Below, in pieces: positions 1 to 9,566 of a stretch of 64,000 nt of DNA; position 1 is the stretch's first letter; each line of letters starts with the position of its first letter. The notes beneath the pieces were generated by a model. The model saw only the letters and a program-made list of their open reading frames with translations, was not told the DNA's origin and ran no database searches. A program made the translations under genes and the position numbers. Location: the NCBI GenBank assembly GCA_030706385.1, contig JAUZOQ010000004.1:6171-70170 (forward strand), read 5' to 3'. Origin of the DNA: Bacteroidota bacterium. Its GTDB lineage: Bacteria > Bacteroidota > Ignavibacteria > Palsa-1295.

Positions 1-369
1 CAACGCCTTAACTTCATCAAGATTTACATCTGGGGCATAACGGATTCCTCCTTTCGAGGGTCCGAGAATATCGTTGTGAACGACACGATAACCATCAAAA
101 ATCTCAATCCTGCCATCGTCCATCGTTACCGGGACAGACACAATTACGCATTTTACAGGAGTTTTCAGGTACTGATATATCCCCTGCTCCAGTCCTAATA
201 TTTCAGCAGCTTTATCGAATCGCTCCATCATTGATTCAAGAGGATTCTCCTTTTCTACGCCAGAACTCTTTGCATTCAATGGCGCGGGCTCTTTGTATAC
301 AGATGGATCTTCGTCAGTAAAGCGGGTGTGGAATTTCTTGAGGGGTTTCTTTGCTACTTTTTTGGGCAT
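1..369 (-). CDS. gdhA: Glutamate dehydrogenase (Glu/Leu/Phe/Val dehydrogenase family), N-terminal 123 codons; gene continues beyond the window start
   Basis: Minus-strand ATG at 369..367 with open frame to position 1. Translation is MPKKVAKKPL...MMERFDKAAEILGLEQGIYQYLKTPVKCVIVSVPVTMDDGRIEIFDGYRVVHNDILGPSKGGIRYAPDVNLDEVKAL, the typical GDH N-terminus including the GGIRY motif. It is absent from the ORF track because it runs off the window edge. Confidence 0.8.
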   Translation of the reverse strand, partial: MPKKVAKKPLKKFHTRFTDEDPSVYKEPAPLNAKSSGVEKENPLESMMERFDKAAEILGLEQGIYQYLKTPVKCVIVSVPVTMDDGRIEIFDGYRVVHNDILGPSKGGIRYAPDVNLDEVKAL

Positions 370-519
370 AATAAAGAAAAATTGAATAAAGCTGCGTTCA
401 GTGGGCAGATTAAGCGCGTGTAAAACAATAATTATCCAGAATACTTCCCTCAAAAAACACTCAATATCGTGGATTCTGAAGAGCGGCTTTTTGAGAGTAC
501 CCTTAGTTATCGTATATTT

Positions 520-2466
520 TTACTTCACCAAAATCATTTTTTTTGTAACGATCGTTTTGTTGGTTTTCACTTTGTAAAAATAGATCCCTGCGGGCCAATT
601 TGTTGCGTCTATGTCAAGAGAGTGCTTCCCAGCGGTCAAGTTACCATCAAGGAGAACAGCAACTTCCCTTCCAATGATATCATACACTGCGATTTGGACC
701 GTTGCCTTCTTCACGAGACGAAAATTGACGGTTGTTTTTGGGTTGAAAGGATTAGGCTTATTTTGTTCAACGAAAACATCTCGCGCTCCTCCGAATTCCA
801 ATTTAACGGGCTGAGTATAATACAGAACAGAATCGTTATCTCCCACTAACGCAAGACGGTAATAGAGATCAATGTCGTGTGAAAGCTGAGGAAGTTTCTC
901 CGCGGCAAAATAACTTGCCCTCGCGACAAGCGTTCGCTCTATTGGGCTTGGGTGTATATGTCGTTTCGCTTCCACCGATACGGTTTTTTCGTACTCACCG
1001 AAGGTCGCAATCCGCCTCTGCAATTCATATCTCTTCACGCCGGCTTCACTAGTTGCTTTCCAACCAAATGTAATCTTAGTTGGTGATGATTGTTCGACCG
1101 ATAGAACAGCGCGATCGAGAAGTACTGGAGAGGATGACTCCACAATCGCAGCCCCGCTATCGAGAACAAAGTAGATAGGTTCGATTCCTGGATGAGCCAG
1201 GGAATCTCTCGAATGACTAATAGCCGCCACACTTGAGTGTGCTAACCGGCCGAATTCTTCGAAATGAAATAGAGCCAGAGCTTCGGCTAAGGTATCCCTT
1301 GCTGCAACTGCAAGACTCGGTGCAGTAATATCCGATGAGACTGCCGATTGCATCAAAAACTGAAGTTCATCAATAGAAAAATACTCGGGAGATTCCGGAG
1401 CACCGATCGAACAATAGGAAATATCCTTGAATAGGGTTGAACTGCCAACTGTGCTACTATCGTCGACGAATCCGTCAACGAAAAGTCGAATCGTGCCCGA
1501 TGCATCATCGGAAAGGGCAACGTGATGCCAAGATCCGTCACAAGTCGTTACATTCGAAAGAATGACAACGTCCGAGTCATTCGTAGATGGGAATCGTCGA
1601 ACATCGATTTGACCAAATGGATTAACATTGACGCTCACTCCACTCAGCGAATCCGCAGCAAGAAACTTGAAAATAGTCTGTTCCCCGGAGACCGATCTCA
1701 TCCACCATCTAATTGTAAAAGAATGATCAAAAAAATCACGAAGGAGTTCGGGTCGTAATATTAATCGCGCGGATGCATGAAGATTACCGTTCAAACTAAG
1801 AGAACGTGAGGTATTGGACCACCCCGTCATCAGCTTGACGGCGTGAGAGTATCGCTTCCCAGAAACCTGAGAAAAGGAGAAATTAGCTCCAAGATTGGGC
1901 GAGACGATTCGCCATTCGAAGTTTTTTAATCTTCCCTGTGGCTTAAGCTTCTTACCCTTCTTCGGTTCTTTCAATGCAGGGATGCTAGGGTCGGATCGCT
2001 CGAGGTAACAAGCTTTAAAATTTCCGGTAGAGGTAACATTTTGAGAGGAGAAAACAAAAAAATATGCAATGCCCTCGAAGTTCTCTGCATAAACCCGAGT
2101 CCTATCTTCGAAAACTCTGATAGCGTGCCCTTTCTCGCGTTCAAAGTAGCTCGCAAATTCTTCGTCCTGCGAGATCGGAGTTGATTCTGTTGCTCCGTCT
2201 TCAGCGGCATAGGCCTTAACGATTTTCCAATTTTCTGGAAATTCGATTGCGATCATTCTATTTTGCTCCTTAGCAACCGGATTCCCAGTCACAATGATAG
2301 TAAACTGATCGCCTGCGGGAATTTCGTCGGGGGCAATAACGGCTTGGATTTGCCCATCGGCAAGAACCGTGCGTGAAACCAGACTGAGAACGAGGAAACA
2401 AGATATGGATAGTACTCTGCTTATGGCCTTTAATCTTAATTGATTTATGTAAGATATAACGACCAA
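520..2466 (-). CDS. Secreted LamG/concanavalin-A-like lectin-fold protein with T9SS C-terminal sorting domain
   Basis: N-terminal signal peptide (LSISCFLVLSLVSRTVLA). Central region resembles Laminin-G/ConA-like fold (WHHVALSDDASGTIRLFVDGF). C-terminus NPFNPKTTVNFRLVKKATVQIAVYDIIGREVAVLLDGNLTAGKHSLDIDATNWPAGIYFYKVKT matches the Por_Secre_tail / T9SS CTD pattern. Confidence 0.6.
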   Translation of the reverse strand: MVVISYINQLRLKAISRVLSISCFLVLSLVSRTVLADGQIQAVIAPDEIPAGDQFTIIVTGNPVAKEQNRMIAIEFPENWKIVKAYAAEDGATESTPISQDEEFASYFEREKGHAIRVFEDRTRVYAENFEGIAYFFVFSSQNVTSTGNFKACYLERSDPSIPALKEPKKGKKLKPQGRLKNFEWRIVSPNLGANFSFSQVSGKRYSHAVKLMTGWSNTSRSLSLNGNLHASARLILRPELLRDFFDHSFTIRWWMRSVSGEQTIFKFLAADSLSGVSVNVNPFGQIDVRRFPSTNDSDVVILSNVTTCDGSWHHVALSDDASGTIRLFVDGFVDDSSTVGSSTLFKDISYCSIGAPESPEYFSIDELQFLMQSAVSSDITAPSLAVAARDTLAEALALFHFEEFGRLAHSSVAAISHSRDSLAHPGIEPIYFVLDSGAAIVESSSPVLLDRAVLSVEQSSPTKITFGWKATSEAGVKRYELQRRIATFGEYEKTVSVEAKRHIHPSPIERTLVARASYFAAEKLPQLSHDIDLYYRLALVGDNDSVLYYTQPVKLEFGGARDVFVEQNKPNPFNPKTTVNFRLVKKATVQIAVYDIIGREVAVLLDGNLTAGKHSLDIDATNWPAGIYFYKVKTNKTIVTKKMILVK

Positions 2467-2532
2467 AACGGGAAAGACATTTCTATAGGCAATTTCTGAA
2501 ATTACATGGATGTACGATTAGCACTAAAGGAT

Positions 2533-3054
2533 CTATGTCTTATTTCTCATCTCGCGCAAATACTCCAACCGATCTTTCAGATCCTTTTTGGGCGTAAGTA
2601 ACTTATCTTTTCCATAAATCGCATCGTCGTATTTGCGATAGACAAGTTCATAATCCTTGCTCATTACAATAGCTTCCTCAGGACAGACTTCTTCACAGAA
2701 GCCACAGAATATACAACGGATCATATTGATCTCAAAGCGAACCGGATACCGTTCTTTAAGTAGATCAGTCTCACTCGCTTGGACCTCAATCGCAAGAGGA
2801 GGGCAAACTCGAGAACATAATCCGCATGCAACACAGCGCTCCTGACCATTCTCTTCCATGACAAGCACAGGGCGGCCACGGAATGCCGCAGGGGCTTCCC
2901 ACCTCTCTTCTGGATACTGCCTAGTGAACTTTGGACGAAATAGGTGCTTTATTGTTGTCAAGAGACCTCGTGCAATCTCAGGAAGATATAATTTCTCCCA
3001 CAGACTCAGTTTTCGATTCGGCTTAGGATTGTTATATTTTGAGCGATACTGCAT
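2533..3054 (-). CDS. nuoI: NADH-quinone oxidoreductase subunit I (2x[4Fe-4S] ferredoxin)
   Basis: Two CxxCxxCxxxCP motifs (CVACGLCSRVCP, CIFCGFCEEVCP). 173 aa. Start overlaps nuoH stop by 1 nt. Confidence 0.85.
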   Translation of the reverse strand: MQYRSKYNNPKPNRKLSLWEKLYLPEIARGLLTTIKHLFRPKFTRQYPEERWEAPAAFRGRPVLVMEENGQERCVACGLCSRVCPPLAIEVQASETDLLKERYPVRFEINMIRCIFCGFCEEVCPEEAIVMSKDYELVYRKYDDAIYGKDKLLTPKKDLKDRLEYLREMRNKT

Positions 3055-4073
3055 TAATGTAAGAGATAAGTTTTCTCTAGAGCTGTGATGACAATATTAA
3101 TGATTCCCAGTGGCAAGAGTACTTTCCAGCCAAGATTCATAAGCTGATCATAGCGAAATCTCGGAATCGACCAGCGCACCCACATGAAGAAAAAAATAAA
3201 TGCGAATATCTTCAACCCAAAAGCTAAAATGCCAAGAACGGCTAACAGCGATGGATCCATTCCTAGTGTATTTAGGAAAGGAACATGCCAGCCTCCTAAG
3301 AAAAGAACGCTCATGACTGCACTTGCAGTGATCATATTAGCATACTCCGCAAGAAAGAAAAGGGCAAACTTCATCGAACTATATTCGGTGTGATATCCAC
3401 CCACCAGTTCTGGCTCAGCCTCAGGAAGATCAAACGGCTGGCGGTTCGTTTCAGCAAAGGATGAGATAAGAAAAAGCATGAAGCCAAGAGGCGCACGAAT
3501 GATATTCCAGCCGCCTGCGATCTGAGATTGGATGATACCTCCCAAATCCAATGTACCGCAGAGCATTACGACGGAGACAAGGCCTAATCCGAGAGTCAGC
3601 TCGTAACTTATCATTTGTGCGCTTGAGCGCAAGCCACCAAGTAGTGAGTACTTTGATCCACTCGACCAGCCTGCAAGAGTTATCCCATACACACCAACGG
3701 ATGTAAGTGCGATGATGTATAGTACACCAATATTCACATTGCTCGCTATTGCGAGCGAGTAGCTCTTGCCAGAAAGAATAATCGCCGAACCGAATGGAAT
3801 GATCGCCAAGACACTGAACGCGACTGTGATCGAAATTACAGGTGCTAGCCAATGAATCCACTTCTCGGATTGACTCGGCTCTATATCCTCCTTCAAAAGC
3901 AATTTCAATACATCAGCCAATGGTTGAAATAGTCCTAAAGGTCCTGTTCTGTTAGGTCCGATTCGATCTTGCAGCCATGCGCTTATCCATCGCTCGAGGA
4001 GCACAAGGTAAGAAACCGCAGTTAATACGGTAAGAAGTACAATAACGATCTTAATAAGTGCTTCTACTACCAT
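3054..4073 (-). CDS. nuoH: NADH-quinone oxidoreductase subunit H
   Basis: Polytopic membrane protein with the NuoH/ND1 signature (GPNRTGPLGLFQPLADVLKLLLKED). 339 aa. Confidence 0.85.
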   Translation of the reverse strand: MVVEALIKIVIVLLTVLTAVSYLVLLERWISAWLQDRIGPNRTGPLGLFQPLADVLKLLLKEDIEPSQSEKWIHWLAPVISITVAFSVLAIIPFGSAIILSGKSYSLAIASNVNIGVLYIIALTSVGVYGITLAGWSSGSKYSLLGGLRSSAQMISYELTLGLGLVSVVMLCGTLDLGGIIQSQIAGGWNIIRAPLGFMLFLISSFAETNRQPFDLPEAEPELVGGYHTEYSSMKFALFFLAEYANMITASAVMSVLFLGGWHVPFLNTLGMDPSLLAVLGILAFGLKIFAFIFFFMWVRWSIPRFRYDQLMNLGWKVLLPLGIINIVITALEKTYLLH

Positions 4074-4078
4074 TATCT

Positions 4079-5791
4079 TTAGGCCTCTGCGTGAATGTCC
4101 ATCTCCAAGATTTCTGCGTGATCCTGCGTATTCTGCTGATACACTTCACGGTAAAATGACATCTTGATCTCTTTTCCAATTCCGGCAACAGGATGCCCGA
4201 GTGATCCTATCTTTTCGTAGCTTAAGCCTGCGAGGCCAGCAACTGATGAGGAGGCTTTCTCAAATACATCCTCCGTATAGAGATGGTTCGTTTTCATTCC
4301 CAGATGAATGCCAACCATCTCGGCGAGTTGCCATGATTCCAGCGCATCGATCTTGCGCCCTTGAGCCCATCGATCAAATTTTGAAGCGAAGCGATCAAGA
4401 CGTGATTGGTTCATATGATCCAGACCGCGCACGTGGTGAGTCGTTTCGACCGCAGGGTTAAGTCGCTGGGCCCAACCTTCAAAATTGACAAATACCCCCT
4501 CCTTCTCTGCCCACGATGCAGCCGGAAGTATCACATCGGCACGCTCTGTGGTCTTGGATTCATTTGTTGCATGACAGGCGAAGAATTCAATTTTGTCAAG
4601 GGATAGTACGCCTTGGGAAACAAAATCATCTTCTAGTGCATAAATCATCTTAATTTTTCCTGTCTTCAGACTCTCCTTGATCGTCGAATCGAATTCATTG
4701 ATCCCCAAGATTTTCAAGCCATACGCATTCGGAGTTCGATCTGCTCGAATCAAAAGCTTATCATTTTCTCCAGCATGATGAGAGAAATAGCCGACAATTT
4801 TCGATTTTGACTTTGCAACTTCTAGGAACGCGAAATTGTCCTCAACTGAAGCATATGGTGAGGCAATGAAAGCGATCTCCTCAGGTCTATATTTCTTCAA
4901 TGCATTTGCGATAGCCTGAACTGCATCATCCAAAGATACCTTTTTATGATGGAGGAATGCACCCGATATTCGTGTTTCAGCATTTACCGGTGGATAGGAT
5001 TCCAGTCTTCCCATATCACACATCCAAAAATCATTAACATTTGGATTCGGACGGGGTTCTAGACGTAGAATCTGGTTATCACGCGTACCGACACGTATAT
5101 TACAGCCTCGTGCACAATGGGGACACACTGTTTCGGTAAATGACATATCCCAGGGACGAGCTTTGAAACGGAAATCACGACTTGTCAGTGCTCCTACGGG
5201 ACAGATGTCAATAACATTCATCGAGTATGGATTATCGAGAACAGTCCCCGGGTAAGGCTCGATCGTAACTTGATCACCCCTCTGAATGAAGGTTAGTACC
5301 GGCTGCTCAGCGATTTCCTCTCCGAAGCGAATACAGCGAGAACAGGAAATACAACGCTCAGCATCAAACAGGACTGTTGGTCCGAATGGGACTCGCTTCT
5401 CCTTGTGAACTTTCTCTTCCTCGAACCGGGAAACCCCTCGAGAATGGCTAAAGGCATAGTCTTGAAGCTTGCACTGGCCCGCTTCATCACAAATTGGGCA
5501 ATCGAGAGGATGATTGATTAAGAGAAACTCCATCACATCTTCTCTGGCTTTTAGTGCCTTTTCATTCTGAGTGTGCACTACCATTCCGTCACTTACCGTG
5601 GTGGCACAGGCAATCGAGAGTTTCGGAATTTTCTCGACGTCAACTAGGCACATCCTACAGTTCCCAGCGACCGTAAGTCCGGGATGCCAGCAAAAATGAG
5701 GAATGTCAATACCATTTTCAAGAGCAACCTGAATTACTGATTGTCCATCCCTTGCTTCAAATTCTTTACCGTCGATAGTTACTTTCGGCAT
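4079..5791 (-). CDS. nuoG: NADH-quinone oxidoreductase subunit G (75 kDa Fe-S subunit, short form)
   Basis: N-terminal 2Fe-2S ferredoxin fold (CWHPGLTVAGNCRMCLVDVEK). HPLDCPICDEAGQCKLQD H-x3-C-x2-C-x5-C motif. Additional CxxCxxC cluster, then molybdopterin-oxidoreductase-like domain. Confidence 0.75.
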   Translation of the reverse strand: MPKVTIDGKEFEARDGQSVIQVALENGIDIPHFCWHPGLTVAGNCRMCLVDVEKIPKLSIACATTVSDGMVVHTQNEKALKAREDVMEFLLINHPLDCPICDEAGQCKLQDYAFSHSRGVSRFEEEKVHKEKRVPFGPTVLFDAERCISCSRCIRFGEEIAEQPVLTFIQRGDQVTIEPYPGTVLDNPYSMNVIDICPVGALTSRDFRFKARPWDMSFTETVCPHCARGCNIRVGTRDNQILRLEPRPNPNVNDFWMCDMGRLESYPPVNAETRISGAFLHHKKVSLDDAVQAIANALKKYRPEEIAFIASPYASVEDNFAFLEVAKSKSKIVGYFSHHAGENDKLLIRADRTPNAYGLKILGINEFDSTIKESLKTGKIKMIYALEDDFVSQGVLSLDKIEFFACHATNESKTTERADVILPAASWAEKEGVFVNFEGWAQRLNPAVETTHHVRGLDHMNQSRLDRFASKFDRWAQGRKIDALESWQLAEMVGIHLGMKTNHLYTEDVFEKASSSVAGLAGLSYEKIGSLGHPVAGIGKEIKMSFYREVYQQNTQDHAEILEMDIHAEA

Positions 5792-5855
5792 CTTCAGATC
5801 TTTTTATCGTTACTCGGCTCGGAATGAATTGTCACACTGCCTCACCATCCGACTT

Positions 5856-6971
5856 CTAGCTAATAAATTTCTTCGAATCCTCATATTTCATGCCGAAGGC
5901 ATCGGCAACTCCGCGATAGGTTATATTTCCATCTATCACATTTAGGCCGGCACGCAATTCAGGATTATTTGAGATTGCCTCGGCATATCCTTCATTCGCA
6001 AGCTGCAAAGCATAAGGCAAGGTCGCATTCGTAAGCGCAACGGTCGAAGTCATCGGGACCGCACCGGGCATATTGGCTACACAGTAGTGAACGACTCCAT
6101 CAACGACGAACGTGGGATTCTCATGGGTTGTTGGTTTACACGTCTCGATGCATCCTCCCTGATCAACTGCGACATCGACAATGACAGATCCTCGTTTCAT
6201 ATCCTTCAACATTTCCCGGGTTATCAACCGAGGAGCTTTCGCTCCTGGGATTAATATTCCTCCGATGACAAGATCGGCGCGCTTGATGAGTTTTCGAATA
6301 TTGTAGGGGTTGGACATCATCGTTGTAACATTGCGTGGCATCACATCATCTAGGTAGCGCAATCTTGGAAGGTTGACATCCAGGATTGTGACCCTGGCAC
6401 CCAAACCGGCAGCAATCTTCGCTGCGTTGGTACCAACGATTCCACCACCCAGAATTACGACATCTGCCGGTTCCGTGCCTGGAACCCCACCGAGCAGGAC
6501 GCCGCGCCCACCTTGAGTTTTCTCCAAATATTTCGCACCTTCTTGGGGAGCCATTCTTCCGGCAACTTCGGACATCGGTATAAGCAGTGGGAGGGATCCA
6601 TCAGCTTTTTGTACCGTCTCGTAGGCAATAGCAATAGATCCTGACTTAACAATGGCATCTGTCAGAGCCCGATCTGCGGCAAAATGAAAATAGGTGAAGA
6701 GCAGTTGTCCTTTTCTAATCAGAGCATACTCTGGGGCGATGGGCTCTTTGACCTTCATGATCATCTCGGCTCGGGCGAAAATCTCCTTCGGTGTCCCAAC
6801 GACTTCTGCTCCAGCGGCCAGGTAGTTCTCATTACTGAATCCTGATCCAACTCCAGCATTTGTCTCGACTAGTATGGTATGTCCGTGAGTCTTTAGTATT
6901 TCAGCACCACTTGGAGTCAGTGCAACACGATTCTCGTTAGGCTTAATTTCACGCGGAATTCCGATTATCAT
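5856..6971 (-). CDS. ald: Alanine dehydrogenase
   Basis: [21 protein letters not shown]-terminus. Rossmann GxGxxG ([14 protein letters not shown]). 371 aa, typical for AlaDH. Confidence 0.9.
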   Translation of the reverse strand: MIIGIPREIKPNENRVALTPSGAEILKTHGHTILVETNAGVGSGFSNENYLAAGAEVVGTPKEIFARAEMIMKVKEPIAPEYALIRKGQLLFTYFHFAADRALTDAIVKSGSIAIAYETVQKADGSLPLLIPMSEVAGRMAPQEGAKYLEKTQGGRGVLLGGVPGTEPADVVILGGGIVGTNAAKIAAGLGARVTILDVNLPRLRYLDDVMPRNVTTMMSNPYNIRKLIKRADLVIGGILIPGAKAPRLITREMLKDMKRGSVIVDVAVDQGGCIETCKPTTHENPTFVVDGVVHYCVANMPGAVPMTSTVALTNATLPYALQLANEGYAEAISNNPELRAGLNVIDGNITYRGVADAFGMKYEDSKKFIS

Positions 6972-7120
6972 ACGTATTTAGAATAGCAATAGAATTTTTG
7001 AAAGGATGAAAACACCTTTTATCTATCTTTCATCGCTGAAAAGGTTCTTCAAAACACCTTGTATACTACCTCGAATAAATAATTGTATACAAATATACGA
7101 GCCTACACGGTATTGAAGCG

Positions 7121-8515
7121 ATGAACTGTTTCTGTCTCCCCCGGATCGAAACCATGAAACATGACACTTACGATGAATCTCTGCTTATATTAGTGGCCAT
7201 GAGAATGGCAGCACCACAGGGATTCACGCCGGAAATCTTTGTAAAAGATTTAAAATTGGCAATGGAATTTGTCGAGCGCAGAGTTATCAATCGCTCTGAG
7301 GTCGTCGAACAAATTTTTCTGGCTCTGCTGCTAGGCGAACATGTATTGGTAGAAAGTCGAACAGGGGTAGGAAAGACTCTTCTTGCCGATCAAGTTTTTT
7401 CAATGTTTGAGGGAGCGCGAACCTTCAAAGTTCAGGCTTCGAAAGAGCAACAGCCGGATACATATTTCGGTGGACTCGATATTGAGGAATTAAAGAAAGG
7501 TAGAATAATCCACAATACTGAAGGTTCGCTGATTGAAAGTGAGTTCGGATTCATCGATGAAATATTTGACGCGAATGACTATACTCTTCGCGCACTCTTG
7601 ACGACGCTTAATGAACGCGCCCTTGTTCGAGGTATTCAGCAGATGCCTGCGGCAATACATACGGTAATCGCAGCGACCAATTATCTTCGGATATCAGAGA
7701 TAACGGAAGCTCTTCTGGACCGATTTCTTTTTAAGGCTCTTATATCCCCGGATAAGGATCCTTTCGTTCAATATCAAATCGCAGAGCAATATCTCAAGGC
7801 ATCCGGGAATATTATCCAACCTGAAAAGAAGATATCCTATAGTTGGTTAAAATATGCAAGCGGTCTCATCAAAGGTGAAACGGAGGATCAGGCAGTTACC
7901 TTATCATCGGAAATGGTGTATTTCATTAATCTTGTAATCCGCCATTACGAGGTACAGAGGAATCGGATGATGCAAGAACGTCCGCATGAAGAACGTTCAC
8001 GCCAGAAGGATTTCTATATTTCTCCCAGAACGCAAGCCAAGGCACTTGATCTCGTTCGGGGATTGGCTTTTCTCAAAGGGCGCATGAGCGTTGATCGCAC
8101 AGATGTGTCTCGGCTCCATTATCTTCTATGTACGTCCGGAATTCCGAGTGAAAAAGCGTTATTCCAAAAGTCTTTCGAAACGCTGAATCACCTTTATGGT
8201 GCGTCCGGGGGTTTTGACCAGCTATCCCAGATGTTAATGTTAGAGGAAATTCTCCGTCGCTTCAAGAGCGATCCCTCTCTTCTTAAAAAACCAATTGCTG
8301 AATTGGATGGATTCCAGATCAAACGCTCATTGCTTGCGTGGGCCAAGGAAACATTCGGGGCGACAAACGCCGATATCGAACAAAAAAGAAGGCTCACTGA
8401 AACCTTCCTTCACCAGATCCAGCCAGTTACCGAAGATCTCAAGCAACTCAAGGCCCATTTAGAAAGAGAGATTAAGTCGATCTTTAGCACTAACAGTGAA
8501 CCTTTCGCGGGGTGA
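7121..8515 (+). CDS. MoxR-family AAA+ ATPase, RavA-like (AAA_5 type)
   Basis: Walker A ESRTGVGKT, Walker B FIDEIFDAN, sensor/arginine-finger region TLNERALVRG...IAATNY...ALLDRF. Overall collinear with RavA. Start codon uncertain: alternative Met codons lie downstream of 7121. Confidence 0.65.
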   Translation: MNCFCLPRIETMKHDTYDESLLILVAMRMAAPQGFTPEIFVKDLKLAMEFVERRVINRSEVVEQIFLALLLGEHVLVESRTGVGKTLLADQVFSMFEGARTFKVQASKEQQPDTYFGGLDIEELKKGRIIHNTEGSLIESEFGFIDEIFDANDYTLRALLTTLNERALVRGIQQMPAAIHTVIAATNYLRISEITEALLDRFLFKALISPDKDPFVQYQIAEQYLKASGNIIQPEKKISYSWLKYASGLIKGETEDQAVTLSSEMVYFINLVIRHYEVQRNRMMQERPHEERSRQKDFYISPRTQAKALDLVRGLAFLKGRMSVDRTDVSRLHYLLCTSGIPSEKALFQKSFETLNHLYGASGGFDQLSQMLMLEEILRRFKSDPSLLKKPIAELDGFQIKRSLLAWAKETFGATNADIEQKRRLTETFLHQIQPVTEDLKQLKAHLEREIKSIFSTNSEPFAG

Positions 8516-8624
8516 GCGGAAACTGTTAACTACTTAAATTACATGTGGTTATAGAACTTTTCTCTCTTCAAATAGGATAGCGGGAACTTTAAAAATTCAG
8601 ACTTGTTAAGAGTTGTCTCTTTTT

Positions 8625-8724
8625 CGTCACGGGAAAAGAGAAACCATTAGTCATTAGGTTGTTACCGTCACGGGATAACATTTCCGAATAACATTCATTA
8701 AATCGTTCGAAATTCGCCACGGAA
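8625..8724. promoter_or_regulatory. Three direct repeats CG(T/C)CACGG(G/A)A (8625-8634, 8666-8675, 8715-8724) upstream of the ASH-domain secreted-protein genes; candidate transcription-factor sites
   Basis: Seen in sequence: cgtcacggga, cgtcacggga, cgccacggaa spaced 41 and 49 nt apart in the 228-nt intergenic region ahead of the 8743 start codon. Confidence 0.3.
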
Positions 8725-8742
8725 TTTTGAAGATGCCACACA

Positions 8743-9369
8743 TTGGAAGCCATCATGCCACAAAGTCAAAAGCGTATATCTATCCGTTCTTTTCCTGCAA
8801 TTTTCCTGTTTGTATTTCTATTTCTAGGAAGCCGGCTTGCACCTGCTCAGGTTCCGACTAGTATTCCACTTCAAGGAGTACTTCTTGCCGACGCAAGTCT
8901 GAGATCAATTGGAACCGAACATAATGCACAAAGTACCGTAGCAGAGAATGGAGTCGTTGCTATACGTTCGGCCGCATCCTCGATTCCTTTCGGAGTTGAT
9001 GCAAATCCCAAGACTATGAAAGTTCTTGAGATGCGGGGTCATGATGAGGAATTTGTCAGGTCTTTTACTTTCAACAACCGCTCCCGTCAGAGCTATACTA
9101 TCAAGTCAATCGATTTTGAAAAGGCTGACAATTTTTTTCAACTGCTTTCAATAGCTCCGGCGGAGTCACTTCCGTTTGAAGTTGCCCCTGGCGAGGTGTT
9201 CACAGTCCGGATAGCATTCCATGCTATCGACAGAGGTGATATACGGACCAACACCTTATGCATTCATTCTGACCAAAGTACTGAAGCTCTGAAGTATCCA
9301 ATTCAGGGACTTCAGGAGCCGTTGTCAGCGATGCCTTGGAACAAGCAGGCCAGAAATAACTTAAAATAG
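8743..9369 (+). CDS. Secreted protein with one ASH/DUF1573-like beta-sandwich module (paralog family member 1)
   Basis: Signal peptide (FPAIFLFVFLFLGSRLAPAQ). Module GHDEEFVRSFTFNNRSRQSYTIKSIDFEKADNFFQLLSIAPAESLPFEVAPGEVFTVRIAFHAIDRGD is shared with the next two genes. C-terminal tail ...PLSAMPWNKQ. Confidence 0.7.
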   Translation: MEAIMPQSQKRISIRSFPAIFLFVFLFLGSRLAPAQVPTSIPLQGVLLADASLRSIGTEHNAQSTVAENGVVAIRSAASSIPFGVDANPKTMKVLEMRGHDEEFVRSFTFNNRSRQSYTIKSIDFEKADNFFQLLSIAPAESLPFEVAPGEVFTVRIAFHAIDRGDIRTNTLCIHSDQSTEALKYPIQGLQEPLSAMPWNKQARNNLK

Positions 9370-9566
9370 CTGCACCAATGGCACATCCAAATTGTTCTTT
9401 TTTTAAGGATAATTCACGGTGTTCGGAGAACGCTTCTTCGTTAAAGCACTCAGGCAACCGTCGAAGTATCCTAGCGGGATTAAGTAAGGATATACTTGCG
9501 CTCGGGGGTCGCCACGGACTTCTGACCACGCAACATCGCAGCAACATTGTTTCCGAATATCTAGCA

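Noticed and set aside
469-849. 126-aa plus-strand ORF
   Set aside because: Lies entirely antisense within the 648-aa T9SS lectin-like gene. No signal or domain; spurious shadow ORF.
3451-3861. 136-aa minus-strand ORF inside nuoH
   Set aside because: Alternate frame of the nuoH gene. nuoH itself has the clear family signature.
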